A DNA stretch of 63,904 nt, counting the filler, from Octopus bimaculoides (taxonomy: Eukaryota), in NCBI RefSeq assembly GCF_001194135.2. It is 4 parts of 3 records of this genome, joined end to end, with 100 filler letters (N's around TTAATTAATTAA, not from the genome) between each part and the next. Parts side by side here need not be neighbours in the genome. Positions count along the whole stretch, not along the records: positions 17,992 to 41,119 come from NC_068990.1; positions 41,220 to 62,383 come from NC_068982.1; 2 more parts are not named here. One strand, written 5' to 3'. The notes under the pieces are model-generated. The model saw only the letters and a list, made by a program, of their open reading frames with translations, ran no database searches and was not told the origin of the DNA. The position numbers and the translations under genes were made by a program. Below are positions 27,862 through 41,386 of this stretch, in pieces. Position 1 is the first letter of the stretch. Every line of letters begins with the position of its first letter.

Positions 27862-28795
27862 TGTGTGTGCGTGTACGTGTATGTAGGTATATGTATGTAT
27901 ATGCATTACCCTATGTACACACGTAGGTATATATATCAACTTATATGTGGATCTAACATCAATAATCTTTATAAGAATGTGTGTTTTTAGAGTTGGGATT
28001 CATGTCTTGTATATTCACTTTGGTTTACGCATGTTTGCCATACGATGTTTGCCAGTATTTATATTATATTTTGTCAATATCCGTTCCCGTTATTTGACGT
28101 TGCTGAGAATTATGTTTAAAGATGATAAATGATTCGTAGTGGACGTCTCGATATTATTTTTGATGATTTATATTGCTCCTTATACATCGATTATTTACTT
28201 AAACTGATTATATTTCATGTTGTAGAATTATCGATAAAGGAATTCGCCATCATGGAATATTTTTAATCCTGAAATTGTAGCGTCAGCCGCAAATCAAATA
28301 TAATCTATACATATGAATAAATATATTACATGTTATTAGATTTTCCGCATTAAATTTACGAAGACTAAATGCTTATGGGAAATAAGATGAGAGTAGGAGC
28401 AACGGCTGAAAAAACACATACTTGGTCAATGTTTCATCAAGTAACTGTTATTACTGGCTTCCCTCTTTATGTTTCTTTGTAGTACATGGCCTGATTTTCC
28501 AAGTTAATTACGTATAGTACCTAAGATTTAAGAATGATCACTACTCATCACGAAGGATGCCATACTACATCATAACAGATGACTGCATGCGAGATAATTG
28601 ATATATCTATCATACGGGTGTCTTTCGGACGTAAAATTTTATAAAACTTAACAAATCGTGTGCCATAAAGAAATAATTTAGCAGTCCCTGTTTTAAATTA
28701 CGCTGTTCCAGGCCTTCATTAATAAGCAAATGTACTTTAGTTATATATGTGAGCAGATTTGGTTGGCGGAAAGTGAAAGAAGCCTGTCGTATATA

Positions 28796-28827
<32 letters not shown>

Positions 28828-29591
28828 NNNNNNNNNNNNNNNNNNNNNNNNNNNNNNNNNNNNNNNNNNNNNNNNNNNNNNNNNNNNNNNNNNNNNNNNN
28901 NNNNNNNNNNNNNNNNNNNNNNNNNNNNNNNNNNNNNNNNNNNNNNNNNNNNNNNNNNNNNNNNNNNNNNNNNNNNNNNNNNNNNNNNNNNNNNNNNNNN
29001 NNNNNNNNNNNNNNNNNNNNNNNNNNNNNNNNNNNNNNNNNNNNNNNNNNNNNNNNNNNNNNNNNNNNNNNNNNNNNNNNNNNNNNNNNNNNNNNNNNNN
29101 NNNNNNNNNNNNNNNNNNNNNNNNNNNNNNNNNNNNNNNNNNNNNNNNNNNNNNNNNNNNNNNNNNNNNNNNNNNNNNNNNNNNNNNNNNNNNNNNNNNN
29201 NNNNNNNNNNNNNNNNNNNNNNNNNNNNNNNNNNNNNNNNNNNNNNNNNNNNNNNNNNNNNNNNNNNNNNNNNNNNNNNNNNNNNNNNNNNNNNNNNNNN
29301 NNNNNNNNNNNNNNNNNNNNNNNNNNNNNNNNNNNNNNNNNNNNNNNNNNNNNNNNNNNNNNNNNNNNNNNNNNNNNNNNNNNNNNNNNNNNNNNNNNNN
29401 NNNNNNNNNNNNNNNNNNNNNNNNNNNNNNNNNNNNNNNNNNNNNNNNNNNNNNNNNNNNNNNNNNNNNNNNNNNNNNNNNNNNNNNNNNNNNNNNNNNN
29501 NNNNNNNNNNNNTGCATCAATGTCAGTACATGACTGGTACTCTATTTTGCCGAATCTCGAAGGAAGAAAGCTAAAGTTGATCTCTTTTGTA

Positions 29592-30896
29592 CGAAGTGGT
29601 ATCCAAAAGTTCCCGGACTATTTTATGTTTAATAAAATAACTTATTTACCTAAGTTTTAACATCATCTCCTTCGAAATAGTCACCTTGCGCAGCAATACA
29701 CCGGTTCCAACGTTCCTGCCACTTTTGGAATCCGGCCTGGAAGTCGCGTTCCGTAAGCGAGTCGAGGATCACCTGCAATTCGCTACGGACCTTGTCAACG
29801 GTGTTAAAACCGCGACCTTTGAGCTGCATTTTCTTCTTGGAGAAAAAATGAAAGTCCGCAGGTGAAAGCGATACCATGTGGCTTTTGGCAAGAAACTCAC
29901 AAGTGAGGAGTGATCAGTAATAGGGTGCATTGTTATCGTGAAGAATCCAAGTCTTCGCACCCCACACATCCGGTTGCGTTCGCCGAATATTCTCCCTCAA
30001 ACGCCTCAAGACGTCGCAGTAGAATTCTCGATTGAACGTCCTTTTCTTGGGGACGAATTCTCGATGCAAAATATCGCGGATGTTTAAACAAAGAAAAAAC
30101 AATGAGCATGCTCTTGACTGAGCTGCTGCTCTGTTGTGCGTTCTTTGGTCGTGGAGATGAAGAGCTCTTTCATTGTGAAAACTGCTGCTTCGTCTCAGGG
30201 TCGTACCCGTAGACCCAGCTCTCGTCACCGGGGATGATCCTCCACAGGAAAGATACTTCATCAACGACATACTGACGGAGTTCATAACAGGCTTCGACGT
30301 CATGTTGTTTCTCCTCAGTGGTCAGCAGGTGAGGGGCAAACTTGGCAGAGACACGCCGCATGTTCCATTCAGACGTCAGGATTGCATGCACGGACCCATA
30401 TGACAAACTAGCAACATAGCAATATCATTGATTGTACGCCGACGATCCTTATGCAAACGTTTATGAATTTTCTCCGCATCTCCGCGGCAGACGCTCGTGG
30501 CAGGTTTTCCAGATCGCTCATCGTCTTTTGGAGACGTTCTTCCGCTTTTGAAGCGCCCGTGTCACTCGAAACATTGCGTACGACCCATTGCCTTGTGGCC
30601 GTAAGCTTGCCGAAGCATGCTCAATGTCTTTGTAGCAGGCTTTCCAAGTTTAACGTAAAATTTCACGTTGGCTCTTTGTTCCAACTTCCTGCCCATGACA
30701 AAATCGCAGACTACAGCCTACTCATGATCACAAAATCACAAATTTTATAACTTGCTAAGTAAACACAGTGATGTTACTGGGCACACTGCCTCATGAATGT
30801 CCCTTGCTAGCTCTCACTGCGCACGCAACTCTATGCTGCCACCGGTTGGCGGCTACAACAGATGGCAGTACACGGGAACTCTTTGATACCACCTCG
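29592..30896 (-). mobile_element. Near full-length mariner transposon (1305 bp)
   Basis: TIRs CGAAGTGGTATCCAAAAGTTCCCG / CGGGAACTCTTTGATACCACCTCG; TA at left, CA at right. Confidence 0.9.
29650..30696 (-). pseudogene. Mariner transposase pseudogene
   Basis: QRANVKF.VKLGK, GDESWVYGYDPETKQ, LHDNNAP, SPADF, WQERWNRCIAAQGDYFEGD; frameshifted, YSPDLAP region partly deleted. Confidence 0.9.
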
Positions 30897-31467
30897 CATT
30901 TGAACTCAGGATGTAAAAAAGACTGAAAAATACGGCTAAGCATTTGGTCCGACGCTCTCGAACAAATTTTTCTTCTTGCTACCTTAGTTAAATAATAAAT
31001 AATTAATAATTCAATTATCATAACTACAAGAAATATATCGTTAAATTATTCTGAATCTTGCCGTTAACTTGAAGCATATAACAGCATCCATTTTAAAAGT
31101 TTTTAAAAATTACCATAACTGCAATTCATGGTGATGATAAAAAAAAAATTCCCATTTGAGAATCCATGTAATACTAATTATCATTATTCATACGGCTATT
31201 GGGTAAGGCATTGGATGTTGTATTTAAATTACGTTCTCATTTATCCACTCCAAAACTAATAATATTCTTTCCAAAGCAATTGGAATGAGATTTATTATGC
31301 TTGTTTTATATGGCTGTATAGTTAGAAAGCTACCTTTGCAGCCAAGTTCTTTCAGGTTCAGTTCCACAGTGTATCTTGGACAAAAGTCCCTTACTATAGT
31401 CCCGTGTCAACTAAATGTCATGGGAGTGAATTTGATAGAAGGAAACAGGGTAGAAGCTCCATGCACG

Positions 31468-31508
<41 letters not shown>

Positions 31509-31512
31509 GTCC

Positions 31513-31569
<57 letters not shown>

Positions 31570-31571
31570 TC

Positions 31572-31657
<86 letters not shown>

Positions 31658-33689
31658 AATGTGAACATATATAAATGTGAATATATATAAATATAAACAT
31701 ATTTATATATATTCACTCGGTGCCTCCAGCTGCCAGCTCTGCCTCCGCAAAAAAACTGTATATCCATCAACAAGAAATACGATTTATCGTATTCCTGTCA
31801 CCACAGATATATATATATATGTACATATCTGTGTGGCTTCGTGCTTGCCACTCCCACTGCGTTGTTGGTTTAACTTCTCCGTAACCTAGTGGTCCGGAAT
31901 GTAAACGATAGAATAATTACTAGATTTCAATTTAAATAAATAAATGAATGGTGTAGATTTGTTCAACCAAACCATTGCAGGCGGTGATGCAACATGGCCT
32001 TAGACGAACGACTGAATCAAGTAAAAGATAAAAGCAAAGGTAAAAGATGAAAGAAAACCAAATATGGAATGGCGATTACCCAATTCCGTTGAAAATAGGG
32101 TAAATCGTTGCGTTGTGACGTAACATTTTTTGCTAAATTGTCCCCTTTTTCACCTTAATAGCCACCTCTTTTCTCTGACCACAATACTGATTCTCGTGGT
32201 AGAACGGTATTAGTATAGTTCGGCCCCAGTATATCAGCATTATGCATTTACTCGAAGTATAGATAATAAAAATATGGATCGCAGAATATCTGGAAATCTA
32301 TTACATAATCATTTCATGCTAACTGTGATTTCGACAGCCAATCGAGATCGAGAAATTTGATAGTAAACTATTTAGTAACACATGATCGCTTGTGTATGAA
32401 TACATTAAAGCTGTGTATTATGCCATCTTCCGTTTGCTCTTTTATTGCGGAATATGAAGGTGGCAAAGTAATGAACAAGTCGTCAGAGCATAAACTTTAC
32501 GAACATTGGTTTGTTTATAAATACATACATACATATATATATGTATGTATATTTATATATTGAAAATGGTAAGCATTGAAAAGATATTAATGGCAAATAT
32601 AATAATCATGATTCAATGCCATAATTGTGCACCATTCAATAGTCAGAATATTCGGGAAGTAAATATTGCTAATACGGATAATAAACTACTGGTTGTTTGA
32701 AAGAGCGAATGTATAGTAATATCGCTTCTACAGATGTAACACATAAGCATAGCTACTGAATTCGAATACTTCAAAATGCTAAGCGTTGCAAGCACGGGTA
32801 TTTACAAGTCTCGGTAAAATTGTAGTTTTATCAGACGCCTTACGATAAAAAATCGATTCAGATTTACATGTGAAAACCAAAAGAAATGTTCCGCTCATTA
32901 GTATAAAGGAATGAATTACTACAAAAGCTTGCGGAAGTGGGCTAAAACGCTCAGTTTATACCCTAATGGCCGGCGTCATAATGGCGTTTAGAAAATATGG
33001 CTATTACTATTTTTGCAGACTACCAATTCTTGATTCTCTAAAAGTATAAAAGATATCCGTTTGTGATTAAGAAGTAGGATTATTTGCAAGTATTAGTAAA
33101 CATCAATATCAGTAGGTAAATACTGAAAATATAGTAGGTTTATTATGGAAAATTAAATACACAGACACACACACAGACACACACAGACACACACACACAT
33201 GCACACGCATTCGCACACACACACACACACACACACACATGCACACGCATTCGCGCACACACACACACATACATACATGCACACATTCATACATGTATGT
33301 ATGTTTTTATATATTTCTGTGTATGTATATATATATGCAGCTATATAAACATAATTTCTGGTTACCTCAGCTTAGCCTATCACGAGGTAATAATCACGGA
33401 AACTCAGAGTGTGACACTTGTGTTGTAAAAGCGTTTATCACTAAAATGCAATGACGTAAAGATGCCCCTTTGAGTCCAACCTCATTTGTCATCCCATCTT
33501 CTAAAAGTCCTATGGCAACAGAAGAGTGGCAACATACAAAGAACTAAGCAGTTAGAAGTAGTGCATACTAAGTAACAACTTTCCTCGATTACATTTGTTT
33601 CAGACCATACAGATCTACAACGGCACTGAATACTCATCTCAGAAGTGATGGCCGGAAAGTAAGAAATGCCATACACAACGGAGAAGCAC

Positions 33690-33726
33690 AGGGAGACAGA
33701 AATTATCTGTGAAGATGGAGCAATCT

Positions 33727-33803
<77 letters not shown>

Positions 33804-34231
33804 TGCAAACACAAAAAATGCTTGAATTTGGTCATTCAATCATTTATCGATACCTGCGCCAGAGGAAAAATGACGATCTTTGCTTTCAAAACGAAAGGTC
33901 TTTCTTCTATCAGGATAATGCTCGACCACATATAGCAAAGAATGAGAAACGATGCCGCACCCACCATATTCGCTGGACATTACCCCATCTGATTATTATT
34001 TATTCCGCAGTTTTCAAAATCATTTCGACGGACTATATAGGAATTCTGTAGACAAGGTCAGATCAGTGCTGGAGGAGTATTTTTCACCACGGACAAGTGA
34101 ACCAGATAGATGGAAGAACATTGTAGAAAATGAAGGAGAGTATATTTTAGATTAAAAAGGAGTTTCGTTTACGTTAATCTTGAAAAATAAAAGAAGTATA
34201 AAAGAACTGCATTATTTATGGGATGGCCTAA
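33690..34231 (+). mobile_element. Internally deleted mariner remnant of a second family, interrupted by (TA)n
   Basis: LEFGHS.I.R.L, QDNARPH, HPPYSLDITPSDYYLFRSFQNH, RWKNIVENEGEYILD*; 3' TIR ...TATTTATGGGATGGCCTAA followed by TA. Confidence 0.8.
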
Positions 34232-35756
34232 TACTATCATATGTGCGCCCGGATGTATTTGAGTATGTGTGTACTAACTGAAGTGTGTTCTACCATATAG
34301 TGAAGCATATTGCGGCCTAATTAACGATAAAGAGAAAACTACAATTGAATTACTGATATTCTATTATATTTTATATTCTTTTAAAGACAAATTACAATAA
34401 ATTTCATATATTGCTGATTTGGACACAGCTAAAAAAGAATATCATTTTGAGACAAAAAAAATGTATATATATATATATNNNNNNNNNNNNNNNNNNNNNN
34501 NNNNNNNNNNNNNNNNNNNNNNNNNNNNNNNNNNNNNNNNNNNNNNNNNNNNNNNNNNNNNNNNNNNNNNNNNNNNNNNNNNNNNNNNNNNNNNNNNNNN
34601 NNNNNNNNNNNNNNNNNNNNNNNNNNNNNNNNNNNNNNNNNNNNNNNNNNNNNNNNNNNNNNNNNNNNNNNNNNNNNNNNNNNNNNNNNNNNNNNNNNNN
34701 NNNNNNNNNNNNNNNNNNNNNNNNNNNNNNNNNNNNNNNNNNNNNNNNNNNNNNNNNNNNNNNNNNNNNNNNNNNNNNNNNNNNNNNNNNNNNNNNNNNN
34801 NNNNNNNNNNNNNNNNNNNNNNNNNNNNNNNNNNNNNNNNNNNNNNNNNNNNNNNNNNNNNNNNNNNNNNNNNNNNNNNNNNNNNNNNNNNNNNNNNNNN
34901 NNNNNNNNNNNNNNNNNNNNNNNNNNNNNNNNNNNNNNNNNNNNNNNNNNNNNNNNNNNNNNNNNNNNNNNNNNNNNNNNNNNNNNNNNNNNNNNNNNNN
35001 NNNNNNNNNNNNNNNNNNNNNNNNNNNNNNNNNNNNNNNNNNNNNNNNNNNNNNNNNNNNNNNNNNNNNNNNNNNNNNNNNNNNNNNNNNNNNNNNNNNN
35101 NNNNNNNNNNTATATATATATATATATCCTCACGAAAAACGAAGAACAAACACACATAAAGAACAATGCGAAGACGTGGTACATGCACAGTATTAGCAAA
35201 CGTTCAGGGAAGGAAAGAAAGATAGTTTATATATATATATTTATGTGTGTGTGTCTGTGTTTGTCCCCCGCCATCGCTTGACAACCAATGTTGATGTGTT
35301 TACGTCCCCGAAACTTAGCGGTTCGCCAAAATAGATCTATAAAATAAGTACCAAGTTTACAAAAGAATATAAGTCCTGGGTTTGATATCTTCGACTAAAG
35401 GCGGAGCACCAGCATGGCCGCAGTCAAATGATTGAAAACAAATCATAAACAGCCTGTAAGATTCTGTTTCCTGAACAAAGCACAAAATATATGAGTGATT
35501 GTCTTTCTTTTTGATATAGTTAAAGTTTTCTTTCCTCAGTCGAGATCCAGATTATCTTTGCCATTTCGGCTGGTTATTCTCGATATTGTTACAATCTGGC
35601 CAGCCGCAAGGAAAATCGAAGCTAAGAGCATTAGATTCCTTGGAAGAAAGCAGCGAATGTATACAAAACCAAGGACGGAAAAAAAAAAAACGAACACACA
35701 CAGACACACACAGGCACACACACACACATATACTCACAATATACTCACACATAAGT

Positions 35757-35985
35757 CGGCCAGCTGGCAGAAACATTAGCACGCCGGGCGAAATGCTTAG
35801 CGCTATTTCGTCTGCCATTACGTTCTGAGTTCAAATTCCGCCGGGGTCGACTTTGCCTTTCATCCTTTTGGGGTCGATAAAGTAAGTACGAGTTACGCAC
35901 TGGGGTCAATATAATCGACTTAATCCGTTTGTCTGTCCTTGTTTGTCCCCTCTGTGTGTAGCCCCTTGTGGGTAGTAAAGAAACA
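35757..35985 (+). mobile_element. tRNA-derived SINE family B
   Basis: CAGCTGGCAGAA...GAGTTCAAATTCC (B-box) ...GTCGACTTTGCCTTTCATCC; related copies at about 5080, 18410-18615 (-) and 26700-27210. Confidence 0.8.
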
Positions 35986-36692
35986 ACACACGTATACTCA
36001 AAAATATATTATATGTCTAAAATCGAGCAGACACAAAATGATAGGTAAGTTGGTGCAATCGGTCTGCAGATTTTCGAGAAAATATGTAGGTTCGGTTTCT
36101 ACTCGTACTAATACCTATTATTTCTGTCGAGGGCTTATATTCCCAATACCAGACTTCTTCTATTGCCAATACAACGCTTACAGTTATTATTTACAGAAAA
36201 TACCTATACATATCAAAAGTATTTAAAACTGACAACACAATTTTATTTCTCCAATATTTACACAATAAAACCGCTATAACTTACTTAATGAAAGCGCGTT
36301 GTCAGCAAATGTAATTAAGAGAAACGTATATACAGCTTTTATGACGAGAAATCTCTTTTGATGATGTCATCTTGACATAATCAAAGACATACCTTTGTAA
36401 TAATAATTTATATGATTGTTTCCATGTTATTTACTCCAGACTTTGGTTTGAGGAAATGCTATAAAAATCTGATGCCCGTTAGCTTCCTTCTTCATTTACG
36501 AATTTGTTTTTAGTTTATTTTTAAACTTTCTAAGGCGCAATGTTCTCTTCGTCTTCGCTATTTATTGTTATGTTATCTCTAGGTGTAATTTTAGTTTTCA
36601 AAACCCTTTGATATGCATGTATGCTTTCATAGTTAATGAGAACGGAGAACAAAGAGGACGGTTGCAAGTCAGTCAGCAGTCAGATACACATG

Positions 36693-36734
<42 letters not shown>

Positions 36735-36878
36735 GTGTGTGTGTGTGTGGGTGTGTGTGTGTGTGTATATATACGCGTATATATACGCGTATATATACGT
36801 GTATTTGTGTGTGTGTATGTACACACACATACATAAGTACATATATATATATTTATATATACACACCCATACATACGT

Positions 36879-36924
<46 letters not shown>

Positions 36925-37520
36925 GCAAACATACATATACATATACATATATATACTAACATACATACATATAGATATGTATACTCATATATATACATAT
37001 GTATATATATGAATATACACACATACATATGTATATATATATATACATTTACATATACATACATACCTGCATGCATATATATTTTAGTATGTGTTATATA
37101 TATATATATACGTGTGTGCGTGCGCGCGTGTACGTATATATCTATATATGTGTGCATTTATATATATACTAATAGATATATGCATCTATACATTCATTCA
37201 TTCATTCATTTATGTATGTTTGCGTGTGTGTGTGTGTGTATCTATGCATATGTATATTACGACAATAAACAATTTGCAAAAGGCAAAACAACATGAAATG
37301 CTTTCGCAGAGGAATGGAGGTATGGTGTAATTAAATCGATCGATCGATCGCAGCAGCGTTTTTGATGTTTGAGTATTTATATTCATTATAGCTCAAAGAA
37401 ATATTCGTTTAGAATCCAGAGACAATACTATTTATTATCTTCACTTTGGATAATTCAAGAAATGCCTTTTCAAACGCCGGTGGGCGTAACAATTTTTCCA
37501 TCCGTTTATTCTTCCTTTAG

Positions 37521-37621
<101 letters not shown>

Positions 37622-38526
37622 CGCTATTTTTGTTCTTGTTACTTTTACCGCAAAATGGAAATGACGTGAGCAAAAACGTAACAATCTTTATTTAGGTATG
37701 TACGGCGATCGTTTTTATCATTTCCTCTTTGATTAATGGCAATGGTGCCGGCCATATTTTTGACTTTGACACGGCTGCAAAATATCAAAACTAACTAAAT
37801 TTGTATCCATTATTTATGATCATCGCACAAATAAATTAATTATAGCCTCTTATATCGTCAATGCAATGCTGACACCGATCGATAGTGGCTTGACTCTGCG
37901 AGAGGAAATACGTGTGTGATGCAATGCAGGTAATCAACTCTTGATACCGCAAGTATAACGAATAAGTGTATGATCGATGAACCCTTAAGAAATAGCAGAC
38001 AAATCTTTCATATTTTGTGCCCTGTTGCTGTAAGAGATGGGAGGACTCACTGGGATAATTTTCGCTCCTTTAATCTTCATACTAGATTTTTGTTACGTAT
38101 TTTTGACAAGTTTTCTCGTATTTCTTTCTCAAATCATAATGGGCACATTTCTACATTGAGTCACCCATTTCACTTTTGCTAAATCCACCGCTCCGAGTCA
38201 TCTGATACATTTCCTGTTGGAATTATCTTCAAAATTGACATTTTTGGAATCCTGAGTAAAGTTTCATTCGGTAAGTTTGTGCTGGAAGAATTTTAAGGGA
38301 CATTTACAAGGCTGGTAGATTCGAGACATTTTCAAGATATATAAAGCTTCGTGTATTTGTTTTATCCATGGGCATGGCTGTGTAGTTAAGAAGTCAACTA
38401 TGCTTCCACGTAGTGTCGGGTTCGGTCCCAATGCGAGGTACTTGAACAAGCGTCTGCTACTATATCCCTGGTCCGACAAATGCAATTTGAGTGAATTTGG
38501 TAGATGGAAACTCTGTGAAAATTCAT

Positions 38527-38663
<137 letters not shown>

Positions 38664-38671
38664 AGAGAGAG

Positions 38672-38710
<39 letters not shown>

Positions 38711-38999
38711 GACAGAGAGAGACAGAGAGAGACAGAGAGAGAGGGAGTTTGTAGAAGGGTTTATGTATCTATACAAATCGAAGTTTATATTTGAAAATAA
38801 AGGTAAAACCAGCACGAAATTATATCTGAAGATTTTTTTTTTTACATTTGTTACAATAAGTGACTTTATGAAATATAAACCGCTTCGATGTGCATGTCAA
38901 TCTTATCAAATGTTAAAATTTCAAAGTCAAAAATTGGAAATTAAAAACAGTTTCTTCTCATTTGAATGTCAAGGCGCTCTTTAGCGCTATTGGTAACAT

Positions 39000-40640
39000 G
39001 TAACCCAGGACAACCTGTCACATGGTCGAGTCGTCGGCGCCTAAACTGGCAACCCCATCAAGCTTGCTTGTTGAGGATGGTGATTGTGGGGCACACTGCG
39101 GGATGAAAAATAAGACCCGTCAAAGGGCGGAAGAACTACTGTGTAGTCAACGCCCAATCCAGCAAGCACCTTGTTGTGGTGAAGTGCCTGTGTGCTCCAT
39201 TGATCCAGAGAGCTATGTCGGAAGCAGAGAAACCTTCAGACAGGGCTTACCAGGCCAGACAGATCGAAGGGTAGGAGACAGGCAAAACCTTAACCGTTAG
39301 AGGAGTAAACCTCAATGACAATAAATCTAAGCGTCGGTAACAGGGCGTAGATTTAGTTATCGGCAGGACCTAACAGATCAGATTCGTGGCTTTGAACTAA
39401 CAGGACATCATGCAGAGGATCTTGAATACAAGACAATGGAAGAGACTCTGATATTCCTAGTTAGATGGAAATTGCGGGACCACACTTCTATAGTATGCGC
39501 AACCGAAACCCCTATGAATCCACGCGTTAACAGCACCAGGCTTAGAGCACCTGATTAAGATATTCCGGATATTCAAGCAAGTCGCATAAAGACTGACGAA
39601 GACTGATTAAATTCTTTAAATTTAACTGGAAGAGAAGTATCTGATGTCGAGAACAGAGGAATTAAACTTATGAATAGTAAAAAGAACCTGTAAATTGGAA
39701 CACAATGTAAGAACACTTAGGGAAAACGAGAAACGTCTGAAAGTGGCCAACAACTTAAACAAATGCAAAGTAAACATCCTTGGAATAGTTGAAAAGAAGA
39801 TAGTGCATGAAGAAGACGCTACTCTCATTGAACAACTTGAAGGCTACACACTAATAACAACAAGTGCATAGAGAAGCGCTAATGGGGCTGCAGCAGGAGG
39901 GGTAGGATTAGTAACCAACGGTTTGGTAGAAAAAGCATTGGCCGAAATAATACCAGTAAATGACAGAATAGTTACAGCCATGATACTGCAAGTATTCAAC
40001 CACGAAATGCCTGTCAGTGAAAGTGAGAGACGGTAAGTCGGTCAAAGTAGTTGAAAATTTCAAATATATTGGTGCATGGACACAAAGAACCGAAAAATAC
40101 ATTGTAGAAAGGGAAGCTCTTACCTGCAGGGCATGCCATGAATTGAGAAAGGTATGAAGTTCAACGTCAGCAAGAAAATTGAAAGAGAGGTTGTTTCTGT
40201 TGCCAGAAACAACCTGTCTGTTCTTCGATACAGGGCTGAAACAAGGACACTCACTAAAGCATTAAAGAAGCAGTTGGACGATTCTTATACGAGGATGCTT
40301 AGAATGGCACTCCTGTTCTCCTGGAAGAGTCATACAACAAACACCGACTTATACCAAAAGTAACATTGAAAATACAGTATAGAAGGATGAGGCTAGCTGG
40401 ACATTGCATCAGACATACGGATAAAATTGGTAACAGGTTAGTGTTCTGGCAACCAACGGAAGGAAGAGGCAGGAGAGGAAGGAGGAAGACGACCTATATC
40501 GACAACTTGCTGGAGGATACTGATATGGAGGGGGTATAGGAGCTGAGGACCATTATGGAAGATCGACACGAGTGAGGGAGACGTGTGGTAACAGCTATGG
40601 GGCGTCCTGAGGGACGACCTAGATAGATAGACAGATAGAT
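39000..40640 (+). mobile_element. RTE/RTEX-like LINE with internal deletion of the RT domain
   Basis: 5' UTR-like leader, APE (NVRTL...ILGI...GYTLITTSA...AAGGVGL), then directly FKYIGAW, YRAET.TLTKALKKQLD.SYTRMLRMAL, RRMRLAGHCIRH, WQPT.GR.RRGRR.TTYID; (AGAT)n tail. Confidence 0.8.
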
Positions 40641-40993
40641 AGATATTCTTCTCATATTTTGTGCATAGTTTAAAACATGTTTGAAACTTTATCTTAGACA
40701 ACACGCATAAGAAGATACTCGATGTAGGGGTCTGAAATGGGGTTCAGGGGTCAGGCATTAGTAAAGTTGACTTTGGATATTTAATATTTGAACTTTTACT
40801 CGGAAGAGGTTGGCAGTGAATTCGAAGTTTCGACCTGCACGTCACCATCACTCAGTCTAATCAAAGCGAGCAAGCCAAAACTTCGCATTTATTGTCAAAA
40901 TTTTCTTCCTAAAAATTAATATGTACGCCAAAACTTTCAGTTTGATGTTAAATTGTAATTATATACAGTCCAGCATAAAATCAATCACATACA

Positions 40994-41049
<56 letters not shown>

Positions 41050-41088
41050 CATACATATATATATATATATATACATGCATACATATAC

Positions 41089-41119
<31 letters not shown>

Positions 41120-41219
41120 NNNNNNNNNNNNNNNNNNNNNNNNNNNNNNNNNNNNNNNNNNNNTTAATTAATTAANNNNNNNNNNNNNNNNNNNNNNNNN
41201 NNNNNNNNNNNNNNNNNNN
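41120..41219. other. Artificial scaffold linker 44N-TTAATTAATTAA-44N
   Basis: Exactly 100 bp, same design. Confidence 0.9.
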
Positions 41220-41386
41220 GCCCGCACATGAGCCAGTCCAGGGGCACTGGCAACGATCCCGCTCGGAAGATTTCATGTGTCGCCCGCACATGAGCCAGTC
41301 CAGGGGCACTGGCAACGATCCCGCTCGGAAGATTTCATGTGTCGCCTGCACATGAGCCAGTCCAGGGGCACTGGCAATGATCCTGC
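41220..41386. repeat. 62-bp tandem repeat, about 2.7 copies
   Basis: Unit GCCCGCACATGAGCCAGTCCAGGGGCACTGGCAACGATCCCGCTCGGAAGATTTCATGTGTC starting at 41220, 41282 and 41344. Confidence 0.9.

Noticed and set aside
40795-40860. Hammerhead-like CUGAGUGA...GUC-GAAAC on the minus strand
   Set aside because: The core has an insertion and no stem I can be formed; at most a degraded PLE terminus.
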